Of a stretch of DNA of 19,283 nucleotides, positions 1 to 8,979 are shown piece by piece; positions within the stretch are counted from its first letter, which is position 1; each line of letters starts with the position of its first letter. Source of the stretch: Bdellovibrionota bacterium. GTDB lineage: Bacteria; Bdellovibrionota_C; UBA2361; JBGSMV01. Below the pieces are notes generated by a model that worked only from the letters and a program-made list of their open reading frames with translations, made no database searches and was not told the origin of the DNA. The position numbers were made by a program, and so were the translations under genes. Location of the stretch: the NCBI GenBank assembly GCA_044356455.1, contig JBIKWF010000085.1:1-19283 (forward strand), given 5' to 3'.

Positions 1-170
1 ACCCCCGGCAAGAAAAAGAGAAGTTCCCGCAGCGGTATCATTCATGGCGAGTTTCCAAGTGGTCTCGGGTTCTTCCTTTTCTATTGCCACCACAATATGT
101 AGTGCTGAAAGTCTTCTACGGGACAGACTCCTCGGGGGCCTCTGAAGAACCTTGATATTTTATTTTTACT

Positions 171-243
171 CTCTGTGATCTCGGTGTCCTCTGTGGTTTT
201 TCAACAATTTAAATCAACCACCGAGAGCACCGAGTCGACAGAG
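171..243. repeat. Imperfect inverted repeat built from 9-nt periodic CTC(T/G)GTGNN units (REP-like palindrome; possible terminator of the fibre gene)
   Basis: Left arm CTCTGTGATCTCGGTGTCCTCTGTGGTT (171-198) and right arm AACCACCGAGAGCACCGAGTCGACAGAG (216-243) pair at 22/28 positions around an AT-rich loop. It lies 20 nt past the stop of the 264..3626 gene. Confidence 0.75.
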
Positions 244-263
244 CTGACTTTTTCAGAGATTCC

Positions 264-3200
264 CTAGCGCAGGGTCACCAGCGCTACTACCGCCCCAGAG
301 TCCCCTTCAAGGGGCTCAAGAGCAATACCAACAATGACATCTCCCTCTTCAGCTCGCTTTCCTACGCCGGGAACTGAGGACGGGGTAATTCTATCGCCAA
401 CTTCAATCGCCCCATTTTCATTATTGACTTTCACAGGTACGCGGCCAGCAAGCGCTAAAGGTACTCTCTTATAACCAATCAGCTCGTCACGTCTAAATCC
501 GCCAAGGGTAATACCAGGGTCAGTGGAAACGATGCCAAGCACGCGCTTATTCTCAGAGCTCTTTCCCCTACTTCTTGTAACAAAAGGAACATAGCCCCAC
601 TCAAAGCGAGCGCAGGCAAGGTTCCCGTCAGCCCCCTTGCCGCGTTCTGCACATCTCTGAGCTTTACTGGAATCGGCAACTACAATGTCGCCCGCTTCGA
701 CTGAATCACCCTCCCGAATCGGGAACTCCTCAGCTAAGTCTATTCCAGTAATAGAGGTGCCCTCGGCATAAATATTCCCCGCGGTACGCGACGCTGATTG
801 GCAATCAAGAGAGTTATCATCAACACATAGCGCGCCAGCACCAATGACGAGAGAGCCTGTTGGGATATCAGAATCTGTGGCAATCCCTGCTGAGCTACCA
901 ATAGCGACACTCCCTGCCCTAAAAATCGCGGCAAGGTTGGCATCAGCACCGGAAGCAGAAACGTCGAGTCCGGTGGCTAAGGTAGTAGCGGCCGTTCCCG
1001 TTTGTCCTACTGCCGTCACTACCAATCCCGTGTTTGAGATGTCTCCGCCCGTTGCTCCCGAGCGAGTAGACGCAATCTCTACGGTCGTCAACTGGTCAGT
1101 TCCTGTCGTAACTACACCTGTACTTTGGTAACTAAAACTTGCTCCAAGCCGCACATCGGCTGACGTGGAGGCATTTGAGAGATCAACGTCTAGGGCATTC
1201 TGTGGAGTAGAAGTCCCGATTCCAACGAAGCCAGACGGGAATATCGCCGCGTAATTAGAATCGCCGCCACTTGCCGAAGCCCTGAGCGCCGTGGCAGTCG
1301 AAGTGCCTCCCCCGTCATCGGTGACGCTAATATCGAGCCCAGTGGTACCGATAGTTCCGCCTGAGGCACCTGACCTTGCAATATTGAGATCCAGGCCGAT
1401 CGTAGCATCGGTCCCAGAGGCAACGCTGCCGCTGTCGGTCACATTGAGCTCATTGCCAACTTCGGTTGCAGCAGTAGAGGAGGCTGAAGTGAATACCGTG
1501 TCAAGGATAGCGGAAGGTGTAGAAGTCCCAATTCCTACTCTCCCCCCGCTAAAGAGAGCAGCATAGTTGGTGTCAGCCCCGCCCACGCTTACGTCGATGC
1601 CTGTGACTTTAGTGCTCGCGGCTCCGCCCGTATCGCCTGTCACTGTTACTTGTAGCCCGCGGCTATCTATGGTGCCGCCCGTTGCTCCTGTGCGCGTTAA
1701 ATCGACATCAACTCCAATGGTGGTGTCAGTGCCTGTGCTTACGACTCCGGTGTCGGCAAAGCTAAAGCTCGCTCCCGATTGGCTCCCCGCCGTTCCAGAG
1801 GCAGTCGAAAAGGCGGTATCAAGAAATGCCGTCGGGCTATTTGTTCCGAGCCCGATCTTACCAGTGCCATTTGGCACGATAGCAAAATCTTGGTTAGCAC
1901 CCGTTGTGATATCAGTGCTCACGCCTGAAAAGGTGTGCTGACTAGTCCATGTGGGAGCTACTGCTTGGTCCAAACTAAGCGTAGCTGCAAGGCCCTCCGT
2001 CCCAGTGGTGCCTAAGGTGATTCCGGTACCCGATGCAATTGAGGAAATATAGCCTCCTGTCGTATGCGTTCCGAGAGCGATGAGATCGTTGAGACTTGTT
2101 ACACCGATGCCCCCGTTTGCAACGGGTAGCGTACCGGAAACCTCGGATGCGAGACTAATAGAATTCCCCAGTAGTGAAACCTCCCCAGCGAGGCGCGAGT
2201 TTGAAACCGTCCCGGTGCTGAGATTCGAAGCATTGAGTCCTGTGAGATTTGCGCCACTTACCGCAGGTAGCTGCGCAGAGCTATTAAGCTGCACGATATC
2301 ATTTGCGGTGGTTCCCACATCCACCGCAAGAGTCACCGCGCCCGTGGTGCCTCCCCCAGTCAGCCCGGTTCCTGCAGTAACGCCTGTAATGTCACCTCCT
2401 GCAGCCTGCTGAGAAAGATTCACTCCATTAAAATAGAGATCCCCTCCCGTATTATAGAGTTTGTTGGTAGTCACTCCAGGAGCACCCCCTGGCTCAAGGT
2501 GCATGCGCCCATCGATGTGCAGAACTTCGCTTGAGGAGGCAAGCGTGCCCACATTAATCCCAGAGCTAAAGGAGTGAACACCTGCCCACGTGGGCGTCAC
2601 GGAAGTATCGAGTGACACCGTCACTGCACTTCCCTCAGATCCCGAAGAAGGAGAGACTGATATCCCTGTTCCACCTCCTACCGTGGCTACGTAGTTGCCT
2701 GTCGTGTTTGTTCCAAGTGCAAGCAAGTCTGAAAGTGAAGAGGCGCCCGTTCCGCCATTCGCGATAGGGAGTACCCCGCTTACCTCCGAGGATAGGCCGA
2801 TGCTAGAACCAAGGAGCGACACGCTTCCTGGAAGACGCGCGGCACTTACCGTACCCGAGCTTAAACTCGTCGCGTTGAGAGCGGTTAGATTTGCGCCGCT
2901 TACTGCTGGCAGCTCAGCACTTCCATTGAGCTGCACCATCTTTCCGGCGCTCGTTCCTGCATCCACGCTCAGCGTGACATTTCCGGAAGTTCCGCCTCCT
3001 GCGAGCCCACTGCCCGCGGTCACTCCCGTTAGAGCCCCAGAAGAATCAAGGCCAACTTGCTGGCCGTTCCAGTATAAGTTTCCCGCTAAGTTATAAAGTC
3101 GCCCTGAGGTCTCGCTCGGCGCAGTTACCTCTCCAAGATGAAGACGCCCGGCAATTTCGAGAGCTTCGTCTGGATCGGAAACACCGATACCAACGTTACC

Positions 3201-3626
3201 ACCCTGAAAAATTGCGCAGTAATTGTTATCGGCGCCGCTTGTCTGAACCGAGAGGCCCGTATTGGTGGAATCTCCTCCCGCATCCCCCACAACAGAAAGA
3301 CTCATACCGGTAGTGTTAATGACACCCCCAGTGGCATTAAGCCGATTAACACTTAAATCAACGCCGATCGTGGAGTCGGCGCCGCTTGCCACAGGGCCTG
3401 TGTCCTGCACGGAGACCGAGCTGCCGACGGTAAGACCTGCCGTAGCGCTGGTGCTCGTCGCACTAGTCGCAAGGGTCGCGATGGCGGTTTCCTTTTTAGT
3501 GCAGGTGGTAGGGCGCGCGATCACGGCTCCAGTTTTCTTCACTTTGCAGAGGACATCTGCTCGAAGTTCTCCCGCTCCGCTAAGAACGGCGACAAGTGAT
3601 CCACATGCTAGAATTGCTTTACGCAT
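264..3626 (-). CDS. Secreted Gly/Ser/Thr-rich repeat fibre/adhesin (phage tail-fibre-like) with C-terminal peptidase G2-like intramolecular chaperone-type domain
   Basis: 1120-aa ORF with GAGGG RBS and a signal-peptide-like N-terminus. It has repeated G(N/R/F)VGIG motifs and two VTAGxGLxGGGTxGxVTLxVDxGT..VQLNxSAxLPAVSGANLT blocks. The C-terminus carries the signature DLAEEF..GDIVV..GIVSTDPG..LALAGRVPVKVNNENGAIEVGDRI..GIALE. Confidence 0.85.
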   Translation of the reverse strand: MRKAILACGSLVAVLSGAGELRADVLCKVKKTGAVIARPTTCTKKETAIATLATSATSTSATAGLTVGSSVSVQDTGPVASGADSTIGVDLSVNRLNATGGVINTTGMSLSVVGDAGGDSTNTGLSVQTSGADNNYCAIFQGGNVGIGVSDPDEALEIAGRLHLGEVTAPSETSGRLYNLAGNLYWNGQQVGLDSSGALTGVTAGSGLAGGGTSGNVTLSVDAGTSAGKMVQLNGSAELPAVSGANLTALNATSLSSGTVSAARLPGSVSLLGSSIGLSSEVSGVLPIANGGTGASSLSDLLALGTNTTGNYVATVGGGTGISVSPSSGSEGSAVTVSLDTSVTPTWAGVHSFSSGINVGTLASSSEVLHIDGRMHLEPGGAPGVTTNKLYNTGGDLYFNGVNLSQQAAGGDITGVTAGTGLTGGGTTGAVTLAVDVGTTANDIVQLNSSAQLPAVSGANLTGLNASNLSTGTVSNSRLAGEVSLLGNSISLASEVSGTLPVANGGIGVTSLNDLIALGTHTTGGYISSIASGTGITLGTTGTEGLAATLSLDQAVAPTWTSQHTFSGVSTDITTGANQDFAIVPNGTGKIGLGTNSPTAFLDTAFSTASGTAGSQSGASFSFADTGVVSTGTDTTIGVDVDLTRTGATGGTIDSRGLQVTVTGDTGGAASTKVTGIDVSVGGADTNYAALFSGGRVGIGTSTPSAILDTVFTSASSTAATEVGNELNVTDSGSVASGTDATIGLDLNIARSGASGGTIGTTGLDISVTDDGGGTSTATALRASASGGDSNYAAIFPSGFVGIGTSTPQNALDVDLSNASTSADVRLGASFSYQSTGVVTTGTDQLTTVEIASTRSGATGGDISNTGLVVTAVGQTGTAATTLATGLDVSASGADANLAAIFRAGSVAIGSSAGIATDSDIPTGSLVIGAGALCVDDNSLDCQSASRTAGNIYAEGTSITGIDLAEEFPIREGDSVEAGDIVVADSSKAQRCAERGKGADGNLACARFEWGYVPFVTRSRGKSSENKRVLGIVSTDPGITLGGFRRDELIGYKRVPLALAGRVPVKVNNENGAIEVGDRITPSSVPGVGKRAEEGDVIVGIALEPLEGDSGAVVALVTLR

Positions 3627-3647
3627 AGCTACCCTCGATCAAAAACA

Positions 3648-6600
3648 TTATGCACATGCCGTTTGCGACTTGTTGGCCTTAGTACCTTTCTTGCAGGCGA
3701 CACAGGCAGTTGCCCCTCTCGACTCGGAGACCATTCCCTTGGGGCACTTTAAACATGCCACGCCACCGGCATTAGGTGAGTAAGTTCCCGCCGGACAAAG
3801 CGCACATGAAGAACTTCCCATTACTGAGCTCACCGCGCCCGCTGGGCATTCAATGTAGGACGAGGCGCCGCGCGTTGGGACATACCCTCCTCGAGGCGCG
3901 GCCAAGCAGTCAGAGCCGCCCGCAAGGGGCGCGTACGTTCCGACTCCGCACTTGGTGCAGGAGGTGGAACCTGCCGCTGAATACGAACCGGCAGCGCAGG
4001 TAGCACAGGTTGTTCCGCCCACAGAACTGGAGAAGGTTCCTGCAGCGCACGTAGTGCAGGCGACGCTTCCCGTGTTCGGCGCAATAGTTCCCGCACTGCA
4101 AGAGCTGCAGACCGCTGAACTTGGGAAAGAAGCAAAGGTACCTAGAGAACACGCCACGCAGGCAGAGGAGCCTTCCGCTGAGTAGAATCCTGCGGGACAT
4201 GCGGTGCAGGTCGAAGCATGCGCGGCGCTAAAAGTCCCCGCGGCGCACTTGGCGCAGGTTACGCTGCCAAATTCTGGGCTATATGTTCCAGCTTCACAAT
4301 CAGTGCAGGCGGAAAGTCCTTCGCCTTCCCCCCGCGTCCCTGGCGCACAAGCTGCGCAAGAACTGCCGCCTACGCTCGCCGAAAAGGTACCGGTCCCACA
4401 GGTTATACACTCTGTCTGGGAAGGATTTGCATAGGAGCCTAAGGGACAAACAGTGCAAGCCTCTGCTCCACTTGACGAAATAAAGCCTGAGGGGCAGTCA
4501 ACACAGGAGGATGCTCCGGCGCTCGGTTGGTAGGTTCCTGCCGCACATTGATTGCATGAATTCGAGCTCGGGGAGGCCGAGAACGTGCCTGGGCCGCAGG
4601 CACTACAACTTGAGCTTTCTGCGCCAGAAAAATATCCCGCTGGACAAACAGCGCAGCTCTTTGCTCCTGGTCCACTAAACGTGCCTGGATCGCAATCTTC
4701 ACACGTAGTTGAGGCTGGATCGCTCGAGAAAGTTCCAGGAGAACATTCTTTGCAGCTGATACCGTTGCTAAAGTTTACTGCGGTGCCTGGGGGGCAGTCC
4801 TTACACGTGCTAGCTCCGAGACTGTCAGTAAAGCTTCCCGTCCCACAGGGTGCGCAGCTTGACATGCCGGGTGAAGAAGTAAATGTGCCAAGTGGACATG
4901 GCTGACATACGGCATCTCCTGGTCCCGAAAAAGTTCCAGCGGGGCACGTGAGACACTCTCCCAGCCCTGCCCCTGGCGCATAAGTACCTCCACTACATGG
5001 AGCACAAGTTTGAGACCCTGATGAGGCTGCAATCGTCCCTGGCGCACAAAGAGAGCATGAAGCTGCACCTTCAGACGCCGAAACACTTCCCACGGGACAA
5101 GGGGTACACGCCGCCTGCCCGGAAGGCGCATAACTTCCCGGATTACATGCCGTGCAGCTTGTTTGCGCAGAAAGCGGTTGAACGGTACCTGCAGGACACG
5201 CCGTACACGCACTTATTCCCGTGAAAGCCCCAAAAGTGCCGGGCCCGCATGGTAAGCATGAGCTGCCGCCTTCGGACGGCATGTAATGTCCCAGCGAGCA
5301 CGGATCGCAGATCGAAGCTCCCCCCGCAGAGAAACGTCCCGCAGGGCACAACGCACACGTAGTAGCTCCTGTTCCTTCCGTGAAAGTCCCACTCGGACAG
5401 TTTATACAAAGTTGAGCGCCAGAATTAGGCTGATAGGTTCCCGCGCCACATTCCTGACAGGAGGCAGCCCCAGACGAAGAGGAAAAAGATCCGGAAGCGC
5501 AATTAAAACATGTAGTAGCCCCAGTATCGGGTGCGAATCGGCCCGCAGGGCACTGAGCACAAGCACGCCCTCCGCTTACGATGCTATACGTCCCCACCGC
5601 ACACTCGGTGCACGAGGTTGCACCAGGAGCAGCGGCAACAGTACCTGGGGAACAGGCATCGCAAGTAGAGGAGCCGATAGTTGGAGAAAAACTTCCCGCA
5701 GCGCACTGTATACATAGGGCAGCTCCCATAGTTCCGGAGAAAGACCCGCTGGGGCATGGAGTACAGGACACTCCTCCTGGAGATGCCGAAAATTCTCCCG
5801 GATCGCAGGGAGTGCACGTGTCATTGCCATCGCCTGTAGAAACTTGGCCTGCCGGACAATCAAAGCAAGCACTCATGCCTGAGCTTGGAGCGTACTTCCC
5901 CGCCGGGCACTGTGAACAAGTGACACTTCCAGGACTTGCACTTGCCGAGCCCACGGCGCAATCAAGACAGATGCTTGCCCCTAACGATGGAGCATACTTG
6001 CCTGGCTGACAGTCTTGGCAGGCAGAGGCCTTGGCCACAGAAGAGAAGGTGCCCGCGGCGCACTCTTCGCAGCTATCTCCCGTCGCAGATGGCACATGGC
6101 CAGTGCCACAGGCATCGCAGATACCAAGTTCAGGAACAAGATATTCATCTGAGCTACAGGTGCTCGGGCAAAAACTAAAATTCCCGTCTTTCAGAAGATG
6201 CGCAACCTTACCGCAGCGGCCCAGGGCTGCCCCACACTCTTCATCTGCCTGACAAATGCTACCAAGCGTAGCTCCGCCCGAGACAGCAACACAGGTGTTG
6301 TTGAGATTAGATAGTGCCGTCGCTACCAAAGGAATAAGCTGCAACGGATAAGCAACAGAAACCTGAGCCTGACAGGAAAGTCCCTGGGGGTAGGCATTTA
6401 AAGAATCGACTAACTGAAAAACGTCAGCCGGAGTTGGAGAGAATAGAAGCCCCGTATCAGAGTAGCTAAGATCCGCCCCCCCAAAACAGGGAAGGGAAAC
6501 TGCTTCGATAAGATCAATGAGGGCCCTATCTAAAAGCGCGGAGGAGCCCCTTGCATACACATCTAGAGAGACACTACCGACCGTAGAATTTCCAGAATCA

Positions 6601-6974
6601 AGAACCCCACGTGCACAAAGGCCACTTCCTTCTACTACCAATGCCCGGCGACAGGCATTTGCCGCTATCGTGGTTGCTGATTGATCGCACTGGATATACG
6701 CGTTTACACAATCTGCGATGGCTTCGCTGCGCGCCTCAATAAAGGCCCGCGACGCCGTAGTTAAGGCAACCGAACAATTATGCGAAGCACTGTCCACTTG
6801 ATTCGTGGGAGCTGAATCATCTCCGCCGAGAGCGTGCGCAATGGGCGAAATGATGAAGGCAGAAACAAGAAGGTTGAAAAGAAGGAAAAACACGCAACTC
6901 TTCAAGGCTGTTCTTGAAAACGCGGCGCTCCGAATGTTCTCTATCAGAATGAAAGGCCGAAAATGTACCCGCAT
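3648..6974 (-). CDS. Secreted cysteine-rich repeat protein (Ephrin_rec_like/GCC2_GCC3-type CxxCxxG repeats)
   Basis: The ORF is open to 7034; the first ATG is at 6974 and the true start is uncertain. A hydrophobic signal-like segment FFLLFNLLVSAFIISPIAHA is followed by a ~220-aa Cys-containing domain. Then come about 840 aa of ~17-aa units CxxCxAGT(F/Y)SxxxGxxx. The gene ends 21 nt upstream of the fibre gene start. Confidence 0.85.
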   Translation of the reverse strand: MRVHFRPFILIENIRSAAFSRTALKSCVFFLLFNLLVSAFIISPIAHALGGDDSAPTNQVDSASHNCSVALTTASRAFIEARSEAIADCVNAYIQCDQSATTIAANACRRALVVEGSGLCARGVLDSGNSTVGSVSLDVYARGSSALLDRALIDLIEAVSLPCFGGADLSYSDTGLLFSPTPADVFQLVDSLNAYPQGLSCQAQVSVAYPLQLIPLVATALSNLNNTCVAVSGGATLGSICQADEECGAALGRCGKVAHLLKDGNFSFCPSTCSSDEYLVPELGICDACGTGHVPSATGDSCEECAAGTFSSVAKASACQDCQPGKYAPSLGASICLDCAVGSASASPGSVTCSQCPAGKYAPSSGMSACFDCPAGQVSTGDGNDTCTPCDPGEFSASPGGVSCTPCPSGSFSGTMGAALCIQCAAGSFSPTIGSSTCDACSPGTVAAAPGATSCTECAVGTYSIVSGGRACAQCPAGRFAPDTGATTCFNCASGSFSSSSGAASCQECGAGTYQPNSGAQLCINCPSGTFTEGTGATTCALCPAGRFSAGGASICDPCSLGHYMPSEGGSSCLPCGPGTFGAFTGISACTACPAGTVQPLSAQTSCTACNPGSYAPSGQAACTPCPVGSVSASEGAASCSLCAPGTIAASSGSQTCAPCSGGTYAPGAGLGECLTCPAGTFSGPGDAVCQPCPLGTFTSSPGMSSCAPCGTGSFTDSLGASTCKDCPPGTAVNFSNGISCKECSPGTFSSDPASTTCEDCDPGTFSGPGAKSCAVCPAGYFSGAESSSCSACGPGTFSASPSSNSCNQCAAGTYQPSAGASSCVDCPSGFISSSGAEACTVCPLGSYANPSQTECITCGTGTFSASVGGSSCAACAPGTRGEGEGLSACTDCEAGTYSPEFGSVTCAKCAAGTFSAAHASTCTACPAGFYSAEGSSACVACSLGTFASFPSSAVCSSCSAGTIAPNTGSVACTTCAAGTFSSSVGGTTCATCAAGSYSAAGSTSCTKCGVGTYAPLAGGSDCLAAPRGGYVPTRGASSYIECPAGAVSSVMGSSSCALCPAGTYSPNAGGVACLKCPKGMVSESRGATACVACKKGTKANKSQTACA

Positions 6975-7193
6975 GAGGAGTTCAGGCTCCAATGATGCTA
7001 AAGATGCTACTTGCAAGCGCCTTCCCAATCGCAAGCGACTGAGAAGTTAAAATGGGCGCCAGAATAAGACCGCTAATCTATCAGCTCGAACCTATACTTT
7101 CTCGATTCCTCGTTTGTACCTCTCTGTCAGAGCCTTCGCTACAACCAGAATAGGTTCGATGTCCCTTTACACCATATCGATGCAAACATCGTC

Positions 7194-8894
7194 TCACCCC
7201 ATGCATTGAAGTGATAGAAGCTTAGATGCCAGCTCCTCGAGACCCTCAGCCTTAACTTTCAAAAGAGCTTCTCTAATTCCAGGGCTCAGGTTCTCCCCCC
7301 AGGTCCCATCGCAGCCGCGCTGAAGGAGCCCCTGAGCAAGGCGCATAAAGTCAGTGCGCCCTGAAGCTGCGAAAGGATCAAGGGCAACAAGCCTTGCCCA
7401 TTCCCGAAGTGCAGCTCCTGGCTGCTGTAAGTGATAGAAGGCAAGCCCTAGGTGATAGCGGGCAGCCCCGTAGTCTGGAGAGGAATCTAAGGCCTTTTGG
7501 AAATAGCTCACCGATTCTGCAATACGACCGTCGGTCGCAAGAAACGCACCAGCATTATTGAGCGCAGTTGCATATCTGGGATTAACGCGCAGCGCCTCCT
7601 CATATTGTTCGAACGCTTCCTTCCTTCTTCCCATTCGCTCGTATACCACCCCAAGGTTGGTCGAGATAAAGAAGTTATCCGGGGCAACTTTAAGTGTATG
7701 CGTAAAGAGAGGGACGCTCGATAGCCACATTGGCACAGACAGCCTTGTGAGCACGGCTAAGCCAAGAACCAAAGCACAAGCCATGACTGTCAAACTACGC
7801 CTCCATGCCCCGCACATCTCAGCGCCAAGAGCGCTCACACCAACAATGAGCCCGATATGAGGCAAATAGCTCCAGCGGTCAGCAACCTGCTGCCAGCCTA
7901 CTTGGATAAATCCAATGACCGGGAGCAGCGCAATTAAAAACCAGAGCCAAGAGAATAGAAGGTAAGGCCGACTAGTCCGATAAAAGAACGCCCAACCGGT
8001 TATAACGATAAGCGCTACTACCGCGCCTGCTCCTAGTCCCCCAGGAAGGTCTCGAAGCGGATAAAAGATTCCAAGATGAACCGGCCAAAAGAGTTTACCC
8101 AAATAGATAAGGTAACCCGCAGCAGCATTGGCAACACGAGCCTCAAGACCGAGAACTCCCGCCGCTTTAAGGCCCCCGGCTGCCTCTTGCCCAACGATTG
8201 CCGCTACCGCCGCTGCGAGCGAAAGCAGCAGGAGCGGTGCCGTATCAAAGAGAATCTCTCGCAAGGCCCGTCGATTCTTCGAAAGAAACCACTCGACCAG
8301 AAAAAAGAGAAAAGGGGCCACGACCAAGGTCGGCTTTGCAAGCAGTCCTAAACAAAGCGCTCCCGCACTCCCCCACCACCAGGATTTCCTTAGCCCATCC
8401 AGGTAGCGCGCGTAGCAAGCGAGGGCCAAAGAGAAGGCCACGAGCGCTAACACATCCTTACGCTGAGACACCCAAAGTACCGATTCAAGCCGAAGGGGAT
8501 GGACCGCAAACACCGCGGCAACAAAGAGCGCGCGCCAATTTCCAAAGGACAAGGTGCGTAAAGCGGCGCACAAGAGTACGGCCGAGAAGGCATGAAAGAT
8601 CACATTTTCTACCCGCATGGCAAATGGGCTAAGCCCAAAGATTTGCACATCCAGCATCAAGGAGAGCCACGTGAGGGGGTGCCAGTGACCACTATGCACC
8701 TTGGTGAAGGCCCACAAGACACCTTCCCAGGTAACGCCGCCCAGCACATGCGGGTTTTCGGTAATATACTCATTATCATCGAGCAGGATGAACTCTCCTG
8801 CCTCTAAGGGCAGCAGAGCACCAAAAGCGAGGAGCATGAGAACAAGAGCAGGGAACCAGAACGTTCCGCTTAGCTTTGTAAGAGTTGTTTGCAT
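7194..8894 (-). CDS. TMTC-like GT-C membrane glycosyltransferase (putative protein O-mannosyltransferase) with C-terminal TPR repeats
   Basis: Motifs LLDDNEYITEN, WHPLTWLS, FAVHPLRLESVLWVSQRKDVL, LLAKP, YLGKLFWP and QVADRWSYLP, multiple TM segments, then TPRs (NLGVVYERMG..YEEAL..P). The start is moved to ATG 8894 (MQTT) because the longer ORF overlaps the divergent gene. Confidence 0.88.
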   Translation of the reverse strand: MQTTLTKLSGTFWFPALVLMLLAFGALLPLEAGEFILLDDNEYITENPHVLGGVTWEGVLWAFTKVHSGHWHPLTWLSLMLDVQIFGLSPFAMRVENVIFHAFSAVLLCAALRTLSFGNWRALFVAAVFAVHPLRLESVLWVSQRKDVLALVAFSLALACYARYLDGLRKSWWWGSAGALCLGLLAKPTLVVAPFLFFLVEWFLSKNRRALREILFDTAPLLLLSLAAAVAAIVGQEAAGGLKAAGVLGLEARVANAAAGYLIYLGKLFWPVHLGIFYPLRDLPGGLGAGAVVALIVITGWAFFYRTSRPYLLFSWLWFLIALLPVIGFIQVGWQQVADRWSYLPHIGLIVGVSALGAEMCGAWRRSLTVMACALVLGLAVLTRLSVPMWLSSVPLFTHTLKVAPDNFFISTNLGVVYERMGRRKEAFEQYEEALRVNPRYATALNNAGAFLATDGRIAESVSYFQKALDSSPDYGAARYHLGLAFYHLQQPGAALREWARLVALDPFAASGRTDFMRLAQGLLQRGCDGTWGENLSPGIREALLKVKAEGLEELASKLLSLQCMG

Positions 8895-8979
8895 GGGAAA
8901 CTTCGTCACGCTAAGAGTGCTAGCGGTACACGAAGAATGACACAAGAGAAAAGCACATATCGAGTGGAGGTTGTGCGTA

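Noticed and set aside
1..45. Possible start of a minus-strand gene running off the window edge
   Set aside because: Only ~15 codons are visible with no clear RBS, so it cannot be supported.
264..3626. Prophage tail gene
   Set aside because: No other phage genes are present, and the signal-peptide-like N-terminus points to a cellular surface fibre.
479..6252. Many short alternative-frame and antisense ORFs within the two large repeat genes
   Set aside because: They are shadow ORFs of GC-rich repetitive coding sequence, fully overlapped by well-supported genes.
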